Assembly (NCBI GenBank): GCA_012730045.1
Contig: JAAYBR010000100.1
Span: forward strand, 34,100 to 98,099
Direction: 5' to 3'
Length of the DNA: 64,000 nucleotides
Origin: Candidatus Hydrogenedentota bacterium
GTDB taxonomy: Bacteria; Hydrogenedentota; Hydrogenedentia; Hydrogenedentales; CAITNO01
How positions within the stretch are numbered: position 1 is the stretch's first letter; the number at the start of each line of letters is the position of its first letter. Below, one piece after another: positions 30,933 to 39,795 of the stretch. The position numbers and the translations under genes were made by a program. Under the pieces are notes generated by a model. It worked only from the letters and a program-made list of their open reading frames with translations. It did no database searches and was not told the origin of the DNA.

Positions 30933-32138
30933 ATGAGCGGACCATCCATCACCAGACGGGGATTCATGGGCGGCGTGGCCGGGGCGGCGGCGGCGCAGAT
31001 GGTGCGTGCGGCGGCGGCGCAATCCGCCGACACCGGCGCGAAGGTAAAGGCGGGACTCATCGGCGTGGGCGGGCGCGGCAACATGATCGCGCAGCTGGTC
31101 GAGGCCCACGGGGGCTACGAGCTCACAGCAGTGGCGGACTATTTTCCCAAGGTGGCGGAGGAGGCGGGCCGGCAGTTCAACGTGCCGGAGAAGAACCGGT
31201 TCAGCGGGCTGACGGGGTATCAGCGGCTGCTGGAGAGCGGCGTGGAGGCGGTCTTTCTGGAGACGCCGCCCTACTGTTTCCCGGACCATGTCGAGGCGGC
31301 GGTGGCGGCGGGCATCCATGTGTACATGGCGAAGCCCGTGGCGTGCGACGTGCCGGGGTGCCTGCGCGTGGCGGAGGCGGCCAAGCGCGCGAAGGACGCC
31401 GGGCGGTGTTTCCTGATTGACTTCCAGACGCGGACGGACCCCTTCTTCATGGAGGGCGTGGACCGCGTTCACCGGGGGGAGATCGGCCCCCTCGGCCTGG
31501 TCAGCTCCCTCTACACCGACGAGTCGTTCTCCGACCCGCCCCTCACGGACACCGTGGAGAGCCGTCTCCAGCACCTGATCTGGGTGAATGACGACGGTCT
31601 GGGCGGCGGCTATCTCGTGAACGCGGGCATCCACGCCGTGGACGTGGCGCTGTGGCTCGCGGGGGGTGTGCCCGTCAGCGCCGTGGGCGCGTCGCGCATC
31701 GCCCGGAGCGACCCGCACGGCGACTCCCATGACGTCTACTCCGTGACCTATGAATTTGCCGACGGCCTGATCGTGAACCACCGGGGCGAGCACCTGCGAA
31801 ACAAGTTCGACTTCCACTGCGACTGCGTCGCCCACGGGCGCGACGGCTACCTGGAATGCGGCTACTCCAACAGCGTGGCGCTGCATGGAAAACAGGACTG
31901 GCCGGGCGGCAAGGTGGAGGACCTCTACCTCGTCGGCGCGCGCCGCAACATCGCGTCGTTCCACACGGCCATCGTCAGCAAAGACGCGTCCAACCCCACC
32001 GTGGAGCCCAGCATCCACGCGAACCTCGCGGTCATGCTCGGGCGCGAGGCCTGCCTGCGCGGGTCCCGTGTCACCTGGGACGAAATGATCAAGGAGAGCC
32101 GCCGGATCGAGCCCGACCTGCGCGGCCTCAAGGCATAG
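30933..32138 (+). CDS. Tat-exported Gfo/Idh/MocA oxidoreductase
   Basis: TRRGFM Tat motif, GLIGVGGRG, ETPPYCFPDH, HVYMAKPVA. Confidence 0.9.
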   Translation: MSGPSITRRGFMGGVAGAAAAQMVRAAAAQSADTGAKVKAGLIGVGGRGNMIAQLVEAHGGYELTAVADYFPKVAEEAGRQFNVPEKNRFSGLTGYQRLLESGVEAVFLETPPYCFPDHVEAAVAAGIHVYMAKPVACDVPGCLRVAEAAKRAKDAGRCFLIDFQTRTDPFFMEGVDRVHRGEIGPLGLVSSLYTDESFSDPPLTDTVESRLQHLIWVNDDGLGGGYLVNAGIHAVDVALWLAGGVPVSAVGASRIARSDPHGDSHDVYSVTYEFADGLIVNHRGEHLRNKFDFHCDCVAHGRDGYLECGYSNSVALHGKQDWPGGKVEDLYLVGARRNIASFHTAIVSKDASNPTVEPSIHANLAVMLGREACLRGSRVTWDEMIKESRRIEPDLRGLKA

Positions 32139-32149
32139 GGAGAGTTGAC

Positions 32150-33274
32150 ATGAGTCTTGTCCCTGAAAACGCCGGACATTGTTGTGTGTTTGGGATGTCC
32201 CTGGAGCGTTGCGAAGACGGGGTAGCCGCGTTCGCCGGGATGTTGGCGGGCAAGAGATTGCTTCGCTTCGCTCGCAATGACACGAAAACAAGCGTCATTG
32301 CGAGGGAGCGAAGCGACCGCGGCAATCTCGTTCCCGCGAGCCCCACACGCTTCCCGCGCGCGGGCTTTTTGTTCAGTCCCCTTCTTGTGCTCTTGGCGAT
32401 GACTGCGGCATTCGCGGATCCTGCGGCCCTGGTCTTCACGCAGGCGGGCCCGGAGACCTATGCCTTTGACACCGGGGTTCTGCGGGGCGGCCTGCGCGCC
32501 GAAGGCAAGTCTGTCGGCCTGCTGGCCTTTGAGCACACCGCCACAAAAACCCGGCTGGACGGCAACGACTACGGCCTCATGAGCCATTACCGCGTGTTCA
32601 CGGCGAACAGGCGCTACGGCGGCGGCGCGTGGTACTGGCCCAGCACGTCACGCCTGCTGCCCGGCGGCGCGGTTGAAGTGCGCTGGGCTCCCGAAGAGGG
32701 CCGTCCCTTTGAGATGACCGCCGTCTACCGCTGGGCCGCCCCGGACACCCTGGACCTCACGACCTCCGTCACGGCAAAGGAGGACCTGAAGGGCTTCGAG
32801 TCCTTCCTGGCGTCCTATTTCACCAAGGACTTCCCCTCGGCCACCGTGTGCGTGAAGGACGGCCCGGAGGGCAAACCCGCCTTCCGCAGCACGCCGGAAA
32901 GTGCGGGGCCGTGGCAGGTTTTCCCGCGCGACGCGGCCGCCGTCGCCCTCATCCAGGACGGACGCTGGAAGATTGAGCCGAACCCCGTGGACTGGGCAGT
33001 CCGGGACGAGCTGTACGCCCCGCTCATCATCCGCCGCAATCAGGACACGGGCGTGTGCGCCGTCTTCATGGCCCCGCGCGAGGACAGTTTCGGCGTCATG
33101 TCCCCCTGCGAGGGTGAGGCCCACTACTCCTGCTACCTGAACCAGATCGGCCGCGACGTCAAGGCCGGAGAGACGGTCTCCGCGCGGGCCAGGCTCGTGG
33201 TGCGCCCCCTGGCCAAAGACGAGGAGGCTCTGGCGCTCTACGACGCCTATCTCCGGGAACTCGCGGCGCCGTGA
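32150..33274 (+). CDS. hypothetical, probably secreted beta-sandwich protein; N-terminus overlaps a palindromic repeat
   Basis: ATG 32150 after AGGGAG, 11 nt past the upstream stop. A hydrophobic signal-like stretch (FLFSPLLVLLAMTAAFA) follows the repeat. Typical codon usage from about 32400. True start uncertain. Confidence 0.6.
   Translation: MSLVPENAGHCCVFGMSLERCEDGVAAFAGMLAGKRLLRFARNDTKTSVIARERSDRGNLVPASPTRFPRAGFLFSPLLVLLAMTAAFADPAALVFTQAGPETYAFDTGVLRGGLRAEGKSVGLLAFEHTATKTRLDGNDYGLMSHYRVFTANRRYGGGAWYWPSTSRLLPGGAVEVRWAPEEGRPFEMTAVYRWAAPDTLDLTTSVTAKEDLKGFESFLASYFTKDFPSATVCVKDGPEGKPAFRSTPESAGPWQVFPRDAAAVALIQDGRWKIEPNPVDWAVRDELYAPLIIRRNQDTGVCAVFMAPREDSFGVMSPCEGEAHYSCYLNQIGRDVKAGETVSARARLVVRPLAKDEEALALYDAYLRELAAP
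32254..32329. repeat. CGTC-type repeat doublet
   Basis: gagattgcttcgcttcgctcgcaatgac - acgaaaacaagc - gtcattgcgagggagcgaagcgaccgcggcaatctc. Confidence 0.88.
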
Positions 33275-33282
33275 AGAGGGCT

Positions 33283-33375
33283 GTCGGACAAGTCAGACCG
33301 GTCCGACTTGTCCGACCTGTCTGACGTTTCCCGCTCATCCGACCGATCGGACCGATCCGACCGATCGGTCTGATT
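33283..33375. repeat. loopless palindrome plus 9-mer tandem repeats between convergent genes
   Basis: gtcggacaagtcagacc/ggtccgacttgtccgac (1 mismatch), then atccgaccg-atcggaccg-atccgaccg-atcggtctg. Confidence 0.8.
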
Positions 33376-33393
33376 TCTTCCTCCGGACTCCCC

Positions 33394-34905
33394 TCACCCC
33401 AGCCCGTAGAGCGCCGCGTATTTCTCCTCGAGGTACCGCAGGAAAGGCTCCGGCGTGGGGGGCTGGCCGGTGACCTCGGTGAGAAGCTGGTCCGCCGCGA
33501 CCGCGCGGCCGCGGGAATGCACATGCTTCCGGAGCCAGCCGAGGACGTCCCAGAACTTCCCCTGCGCCACGCCGTCCCAGAGGTTCGACAGGTCCTGCTC
33601 CATCTTCTCCATGAGCTGGGCCGCGTAGAGGTTGCCGAGGGCGTAGGTGGGGAAATAGCCGAAGGAGCCGTGGGACCAGTGGATGTCCTGGAGGCAGCCG
33701 CGGGCGTCGTCGGGCACCTCGCAGCCGAGGTAGAGCCGCATGCGCTCGTTCCACAGCTCGGGCACATGCTCCGCCTCAATGCTTCCCTCGATCAACGCCG
33801 TCTCGATCTCGAAGCGCAGGATGATGTGCAGGTTGTAGGTGCACTCGTCCGCCTCGACGCGGATAAGCGACGGCTCGACGCGGTTCGACGCGCGCCACAC
33901 CTGCTCGGGGGACAGGTCCTCCGGAGCGCCGGGGAACACGGAGCGGACCCGGGGCGTGTAGTGCCGCCAGAAGGGCAGGCTGCGCCCGACGATGTTCTCC
34001 CACAGGCGCGACTGCGACTCGTGCATGCCCAGAGACGGCGCGTCGGCCAGAAAGGTGCGCCGGTAGCGCGCGGGGAAGCCCTGCTCGTAGAGGGCGTGCC
34101 CGCCCTCGTGGACCGAACTGGACAGCGCGGAGAGAAAGTCGCGCCGGCTCACCCGCGTGGTGACACGCACGTCCTCCGTGTCAAAGGAGGTGGTGAAGGG
34201 GTGGACCGACTTGTCCTGCCGCCCGGCCTCGAAGTCGAAGCCCATGTCCCGCAGCACCTCCTCGGTGAGCCGGAGCTGCGCCTCCTCCTCCCAGTCGCGG
34301 TTCATCCAGGCCGTGTCCGGCTGGAGGGGGGACTCCACGATCCGGGCGACCAGCGCGCCCTGGCGCTCCGCGAGGGTGTCAAAGATGGGTCGCAGCCGCG
34401 AAGCGGTCATGCCGCGCTCATAGTCCTCCAGGAGGGCGTCGTAGGGCGACTCGGCGTATCCCAGGCATTCCGCCTTCTCCCGCGCGAGGGAGACCAGGCC
34501 CGCGAGGTGGGGCAGGAACTCGCCGAAGGCGGACTCCGACCGCGCCCGCACCCATGCGTGGTAGGCGCGGCTCTGGGCCTGCGCCATGCGGTGCACCAGC
34601 GACTCCGGCAGGCGCGCCGCCCGCTCCAGGTCGCGCGCCGTCTCGCGGACAAAGTCGTTCTCGCCCAGCGACAGCTCGGACGCCTCGGCGGTCAGCTCGG
34701 CCACCAGGTCGCGCATTTCGGAACTGGTGAACAGGCGGTGCTCCAGCGCCGCGAGCGTGGCGATCTGGTGGCCGCGGGCCTCGGCCCCCTTCGGAGGCAT
34801 GCACACCTCCTCGTCCCACTGGAGCAGCGCCAGCGTGCGCCGCAGATCCACCACCTCCCCCGTCTTCCGGAAGAACAGCTCCATCTTGTCGGTCAATGAG
34901 GACAT
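33394..34905 (-). CDS. carboxypeptidase M32 (Taq-type)
   Basis: LLEDYERG, HPF, HEGGHALYEQG, HESQSRLWEN, IRVEADE, QDIHW, GYFPTYALGN. Start at ATG 34905 after GGAG. Confidence 0.96.
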   Translation of the reverse strand: MSSLTDKMELFFRKTGEVVDLRRTLALLQWDEEVCMPPKGAEARGHQIATLAALEHRLFTSSEMRDLVAELTAEASELSLGENDFVRETARDLERAARLPESLVHRMAQAQSRAYHAWVRARSESAFGEFLPHLAGLVSLAREKAECLGYAESPYDALLEDYERGMTASRLRPIFDTLAERQGALVARIVESPLQPDTAWMNRDWEEEAQLRLTEEVLRDMGFDFEAGRQDKSVHPFTTSFDTEDVRVTTRVSRRDFLSALSSSVHEGGHALYEQGFPARYRRTFLADAPSLGMHESQSRLWENIVGRSLPFWRHYTPRVRSVFPGAPEDLSPEQVWRASNRVEPSLIRVEADECTYNLHIILRFEIETALIEGSIEAEHVPELWNERMRLYLGCEVPDDARGCLQDIHWSHGSFGYFPTYALGNLYAAQLMEKMEQDLSNLWDGVAQGKFWDVLGWLRKHVHSRGRAVAADQLLTEVTGQPPTPEPFLRYLEEKYAALYGLG

Positions 34906-34961
34906 GTCTTGCTCCACAGCCTTTGGGGACACCGCTTAAACGATAGCACAGTGTGCGGGGC

Positions 34962-36299
34962 TCATTGGCGCCCGCCGCAGCATTTCTTGTACTTCCGCCC
35001 GCTCCCGCAGGGGCACGGATCATTCGGGCCGCCCGCCGGGGGCGCCTCCCGCTCCTGGCGGCGCACCCATTCCATGACATTCGCCGGGGGGCACTGCGCG
35101 CGCAGCTCCGACGCCATGAACCGCATGGTCGGCGCGGCATGGGTGAAGAAGCGCCGGTACCCCGCGCACAGGTAGTTTAACCCCGGCTCGCCGGTGGGCG
35201 CCGTCGTGAAGCGGTGCTTGGGGCATTCGCCCCGGCACACGAAATGGACCGGACATGCGCGGCAGTAGCCGGGCAGGGTGTCCGCCTTGTCGCGGCCGAA
35301 TCGGGTCTGGGCCTCCGAGGCTGCCAGTTCGCGGACGTTCGTCTCCAGGATGTTTCCCAGCCGGTACTCCGGGTAGACGTAGTGGTCGCAGGCGTAGAGG
35401 TCGCCGTTGCGCTCAAGGGCCATGGCGAAGCCGCAGTGCTCGCGGAACAGGCACAGGCTCGGTTGCATGCCCATCCACGCCTCCAGCGTCACCTCGAAGA
35501 GCTGCACATAGACCCGTCCCACGTCCTCGCGCACCCATTCATCGTAGATCGTCGTCAGGAACTGGCCGTACTCCTCCGGCGTGGGGCACCACGGCGCGAC
35601 CTGCCCGGTGGAAGCAGCCCCCGGCCGCGACAGGGTCAGGCCGTCGGGGTCGGGCGCGTCGGGAATGCGCTCCACAATGGGGATGAACTGCATGTGCCCG
35701 CTGCCGTGGCGGCGCAGGAAGCGGTACACCTCCAGGGGCCGCGCCGCGCTTTCGTGGTGGACGCAGGTCAGGGTGTTGAACTCGACTTTGTGCCGCTTGA
35801 GGCACTCCAGCGCCCGCATGACCCGGTCGTGGGTGCCCTTGCCCCGGGCGTCCAGCCGGTAGGCGTCATGCACCTCCTTCGGCCCGTCCAGCGACAGCCC
35901 CACAAGAAAGTCATGCTTTTTGAAGAAGGCGGCCCAGGCGTCGTCCACCAGGATGCCGTTCGTCTGGAAGGTGTTGTGGAGGGTGCGGCCGCCGGCGTGC
36001 TCCCGCTGGAGCGCCACAGCCCGCCGGAAGAAGTCCAGCCCCGCCGCCGTCGGCTCGCCGCCCTGCCAGGCAAAGGTGACCTCCGGCGTGTCATGGGCCG
36101 CGATGTAGTCGCGGACATAGGCCTCCAGGACGGCGTCGGACATGACCGGCGCGCCCTTGCCGGGGTACAGCCCCTCCTTCTCCAGGTAGAAGCAGTACGC
36201 GCACCGGAGGTTGCACAGCGCCCCGGTGGGTTTCGCCATGACATGAAAGGCGAACGGCGTCTGTCGGTTGGAGGGGAAATCCGGCACGTCTTGCTCCAT
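34962..36299 (-). CDS. anaerobic sulfatase-maturating radical SAM/SPASM enzyme with C-terminal SEC-C motif
   Basis: MAKPTGALCNLRCAYCFY, FAWQGGEPT, QTNG, SPASM cysteines (CGFA...YACDHYV...CRAC...CRGECPKHR...YLC), and PCPCGSGRKYKKCC. Confidence 0.95.
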   Translation of the reverse strand: MEQDVPDFPSNRQTPFAFHVMAKPTGALCNLRCAYCFYLEKEGLYPGKGAPVMSDAVLEAYVRDYIAAHDTPEVTFAWQGGEPTAAGLDFFRRAVALQREHAGGRTLHNTFQTNGILVDDAWAAFFKKHDFLVGLSLDGPKEVHDAYRLDARGKGTHDRVMRALECLKRHKVEFNTLTCVHHESAARPLEVYRFLRRHGSGHMQFIPIVERIPDAPDPDGLTLSRPGAASTGQVAPWCPTPEEYGQFLTTIYDEWVREDVGRVYVQLFEVTLEAWMGMQPSLCLFREHCGFAMALERNGDLYACDHYVYPEYRLGNILETNVRELAASEAQTRFGRDKADTLPGYCRACPVHFVCRGECPKHRFTTAPTGEPGLNYLCAGYRRFFTHAAPTMRFMASELRAQCPPANVMEWVRRQEREAPPAGGPNDPCPCGSGRKYKKCCGGRQ

Positions 36300-36408
36300 C
36301 TTGGGATTGCGCTGCCATTGTACCGCGCCCGGCGGCGGCAACGGAAACGCCGGGAACCCCTCTTCCGGGCGTTTTCGGCCGCCTTTTCGCTCCCCGGCCA
36401 GAAATCTG

Positions 36409-36437
36409 TTGACAAAAATGAAGGAAAGCGTTATCTT
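36409..36437 (+). promoter_or_regulatory. sigma70-type promoter of the coiled-coil/MshEN gene
   Basis: TTGACA, a 17-nt spacer, then TATCTT in an AT-rich patch upstream of ATG 36530. Confidence 0.75.
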
Positions 36438-36529
36438 ATAAGAGGTTGTCACACTGGAGAACGAATGCTCGGCGTTCGCCGCAGGAGACTCTGGAAAACG
36501 AGAATGTCCGTCATGCAGAGGGTGGATCA

Positions 36530-38824
36530 ATGAACACAGCGGAAGTGAAAGAAGCCATCGGCAAACTGGGAACGATGGTTCAGGCGACAACGGCCGGTCC
36601 GGACGGGCAGGGACCGTCCGGGGCGCTGGACATTTTGCGGGGGGCGGTGGACGCCCTGGCGCGGGAATGTGAAATGCGGCGCGCGGCCCGGGCCACCGCC
36701 GCCGAGGAGATGGCTGCGCTGGTCGTTTCCCTGAGGGACTATCTGGAGACCGCCGACACGGGGGTTTCCGAGGCGGCCGAGGCGAAGGCGGCGGCGCTGG
36801 CATCCGAGGTGGAGACCCTGAAGGCCGCCCTGGAGGAGGCCGAGTCCCGCGCCAAACAGGCCGAGCGGCAGGGGCAGGAGGGGGCGCAGGCGCTGGCCCA
36901 GCTCCGCACACTGGAGGAGCACCTCCAGAAGCGGGGGGAGACCATTAACGAGGCGCGCCGGCGCATTCTGCGCCTGCAGGAAAAGCTTGAGGCGCTGGTG
37001 GCGGAGAGCGCGGCGGACAAGGAGAAGCTGAAGGAGCAGGAGGCCACCCTGGTCCGGCGCAACGCGGCGCTCAAGGCGGCGGAGGACCGTTTCAGCGACC
37101 TGCGCCGGCGCATGGACGCGGCGGGCGGCAGTGCGGCCCCGGGAATGCAGGCCCAGGTCAAGGTTCTGGAGAACCAGGTGGAGGAGGCGCAGAAGGCGGC
37201 GGCGGCGCTGGAGGAGCGCCATGGGAAACTCCAGCAGGAGTTGAACCAGCGGGTGGCCGCCGAGGCGGCGGCGCGCCAGCGCATTGAGGAAATGAAGCAC
37301 CAGGTGGACGATGCGGAGCACGAGCGCGGCGAGATGGCGAAGCGCATGGGCCGTCTGGAGGACGAACTCCGCAAAGCGTCGGACGCGCGGGATGAGGCGT
37401 CCGCCCAGGCGAAGAAGGCGGCCGAGGCCCTGCAGCGCGCCGAGGCGGCGGCGGAGGCGGCGAAGAAGGACCTGGCGGCGGCGCGCGGCCAGAACGGGGC
37501 GCTGGCTGCCGAAAAGGCCGCGCTGGAGGCAAGGGTGGCGGAACTGGCCCCCAAGGCCGCCGAACTCGAGAAGGAGCGCGCGGCGGCGGCGGAAAAACTG
37601 GCCGCCCTCGGCAGGGAGAAGGACGAGGCGCTGGCTTCGGCCGAGGCTTCCGGCAGGCGTGCCGGTGAACTGGAGAAGGCCCTTTCCGAGATCGAGGCCC
37701 GTGTGGCCGCGGCGCAGGGGGAGGCCGGGTCCGCCCGGGAGGAGGCCGCGCGGCTTTCCTCCGAGATCGGCGCGCTCCAGCAGCGTGCGGAGACTGCGGA
37801 GAAGGAGGCCGCCGCGGCCTGCGGCACCCTGGAAGCCGCCCAGACAGAGGCTGAGGCCGCCCGTGCCCGCGCCGATGCCGCCCATGAGCGGGTCGCCGCG
37901 CTGGAGGCCGAGCTTTCGGAGCGGGACGGCGCGCTGGAGGCCGCGGAAAAGCGGGCCGACGAGGCGTCGGAGCGGGCGGTGGCGGCGGAGGGGGCCGTGT
38001 CGGACGCCCAGGGGCGTCTTGGGGCGCTGGAGGCGGTGGCCGAGACCCTGCGCGCCGACATTGCCGCGTTCCAGGAGAAGGCCGCCGAGGCCGACCAGTT
38101 CCGCGCCGAGGCGGACGCGGCGCGGGAGCGCGCGATGAGCCTCCAGGAGCAGCTGGACAAGGAACAGGCCAAGGGGCTCAAGTCCGCGCTCGCCCTGCAG
38201 CTCGCCGAGGCCATCCGCGAGAGTGAGGCCGCCCAGGAAGAACTGAGCAGCCTGCGCCGCGAGGTGGAGCGCCTGCGCAAGAGTGAGGCCGCGCCGGTCC
38301 CGGCAGCTCCGGCAGCCCACGCAGCCCCCGCCGAGGAGGCCGACGAGGAGACCGCGCTCCGGAAGGCCTATGAGGCCATGCCCGCGGACAAGCGGAACAA
38401 TCTGGGAGAACTGCTCGTCGCGGCGCGCGTCATCACCAAGAAGCAACTGGCGGACGTCAACAGCGCCGTGAAGAAGTCCCCGGACCTGGGCATGGTCGCG
38501 GTCATCTGTGAGAAGGGGCTCACGGACGAGGACACGGTGGTCCGGGCGCTTTCCCTTCAGTCCGGCGCGCCGGTTGCGGAGGTTGGCGAGGACGGGCTGG
38601 ACGCCGAGGCGGCGACCCTGATCTCCGACAAGATCGCGCGCAAGCACCGGGTGATCCCCCTCCGCGAGGAGGAGGGAGCCCTGATTCTGGCCATGTCCAA
38701 CCCCATGGACCTGCTGGCGCTGGAGGACGTGGGCCGGGCGGCCGGCAAGCCCGTGAAGCCCATGGTCGCGCGGCACTCCGCCGTCATGAACGCCATCAAC
38801 CGGTACTACTGGGAGCCGGAGTGA
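36530..38824 (+). CDS. long coiled-coil protein with C-terminal MshEN/T2SSE_N-like domain
   Basis: About 570 aa of Ala/Glu/Lys/Arg-rich helical sequence, then NLGELLVAARVITKKQL...KGLTDEDTVVRALSLQSG...IARKHRVIPL...LILAMSNPMDLLALEDV...VKPMVA...AINRYY. Confidence 0.8.
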   Translation: MNTAEVKEAIGKLGTMVQATTAGPDGQGPSGALDILRGAVDALARECEMRRAARATAAEEMAALVVSLRDYLETADTGVSEAAEAKAAALASEVETLKAALEEAESRAKQAERQGQEGAQALAQLRTLEEHLQKRGETINEARRRILRLQEKLEALVAESAADKEKLKEQEATLVRRNAALKAAEDRFSDLRRRMDAAGGSAAPGMQAQVKVLENQVEEAQKAAAALEERHGKLQQELNQRVAAEAAARQRIEEMKHQVDDAEHERGEMAKRMGRLEDELRKASDARDEASAQAKKAAEALQRAEAAAEAAKKDLAAARGQNGALAAEKAALEARVAELAPKAAELEKERAAAAEKLAALGREKDEALASAEASGRRAGELEKALSEIEARVAAAQGEAGSAREEAARLSSEIGALQQRAETAEKEAAAACGTLEAAQTEAEAARARADAAHERVAALEAELSERDGALEAAEKRADEASERAVAAEGAVSDAQGRLGALEAVAETLRADIAAFQEKAAEADQFRAEADAARERAMSLQEQLDKEQAKGLKSALALQLAEAIRESEAAQEELSSLRREVERLRKSEAAPVPAAPAAHAAPAEEADEETALRKAYEAMPADKRNNLGELLVAARVITKKQLADVNSAVKKSPDLGMVAVICEKGLTDEDTVVRALSLQSGAPVAEVGEDGLDAEAATLISDKIARKHRVIPLREEEGALILAMSNPMDLLALEDVGRAAGKPVKPMVARHSAVMNAINRYYWEPE

Positions 38825-38855
38825 GCCGTCCCACGATGAGGCCGTGGAACCCGCC

Positions 38856-38926
38856 GGGGAGGGGTTAGGGTCTGGGGTTTAGGGTTGGGGGCGGAGTTTT
38901 TTCCCATACCTCCCATACTTTCCATT
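38856..38926. repeat. G-tract array (G-quadruplex-competent) followed by CCCATAC 9-mer repeats
   Basis: ggggaggggttagggtctggggtttagggttggggg, then cccatacct-cccatactt-tccatt, between convergent genes. Confidence 0.6.
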
Positions 38927-38948
38927 TGCCTGTCTGCTGTTGCGTCCG

Positions 38949-39773
38949 CTACGCGTGCTGTTTCCAGGCGCGCTTGATCCGCTCCACGAGCTTCTCCTGG
39001 TCCCATCCCCAGTACTGGTCGGAGAAGACCTCCACCTCGACAAAGCCGCGGAAGCCCGCCTGCTCCACCCACCCGCGTATCTCGCGGATGTTGATGCAGC
39101 CGTCGCCGGGCATGCCGCGGTCGTTAAGCAGGTCGCGGGTGGGGGTGCGCCAGTCGCAGACGTGGAAGGCGAAGATGCTTTTGCCCGCCCGGGAGATTTC
39201 CGAGCGCAGGAAGGGGTCCCACCAGCAGTGGTAAACGTCCACCGCCACGCCCACCATGGGGCTGTTCAGGGCGAAGACGATGTTGTTCGCCTGCTCCAGC
39301 GTGTTGATGGCGGACCGGGAGTCGGCGTACATGGGATGGAGGGGCTCGATGGCCAGGCGCACCCCGGCGGCTTTGGCGTCGGGCTCAATCGCGTGGATGG
39401 CGTCGAAAATCTGCTGGCGGGCGCGGGGGAGGTCCACCTCGGGGGCCGCGCCGCACACCAGCACGAGCACCGGCGCGCCCAGTTCGGCGGCCTCCTCAAT
39501 GGCGCGGCGGTTCTCGCCCTTGGCCTGTTCGCGCGCCTGGGCGCCCGAGGCCACGAAGAACCCGCCCCGGCACAGGCTGACCACGTTCATTTCGGCGTCG
39601 CGCAGGAGTTTTGCCGCCTTCTTCGCGCCCAGGGGGGCGAGATGCTCCCGCCAGACGGTGATGCCGGGGATGCCGGCGCGGGTGTACCCGTCCACCGCCT
39701 GCTCCAGGGTCCAGGGCTTGGTGGTCATGGTGTGCACACAGAGGCGCGAGAAATCGTTGAACGGTTCGGTCAT
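38949..39773 (-). CDS. sugar phosphate isomerase/epimerase (AP_endonuc_2, IolE-like TIM barrel)
   Basis: SLCRGGFF, LAIEPLHPM, VDVYHCWWD, FHVCDW, GMPGDG.I, VEVEVF. Confidence 0.9.
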   Translation of the reverse strand: MTEPFNDFSRLCVHTMTTKPWTLEQAVDGYTRAGIPGITVWREHLAPLGAKKAAKLLRDAEMNVVSLCRGGFFVASGAQAREQAKGENRRAIEEAAELGAPVLVLVCGAAPEVDLPRARQQIFDAIHAIEPDAKAAGVRLAIEPLHPMYADSRSAINTLEQANNIVFALNSPMVGVAVDVYHCWWDPFLRSEISRAGKSIFAFHVCDWRTPTRDLLNDRGMPGDGCINIREIRGWVEQAGFRGFVEVEVFSDQYWGWDQEKLVERIKRAWKQHA

Positions 39774-39795
39774 AATTCCTCTCTTCCCGGCGGGG

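Noticed and set aside
33283-33375. CRISPR array candidate (also at 22351, 30685 and 62241)
   Set aside because: No constant repeat separated by unique spacers of regular length, and no cas genes.
36527-38776. Long alternative-frame minus-strand ORFs (749 and 513 aa)
   Set aside because: Shadows of the low-complexity coiled-coil gene.
38861-38891. Eukaryotic telomere contamination
   Set aside because: Only two imperfect TTAGGG/TTTAGGG units, embedded between clearly bacterial genes.
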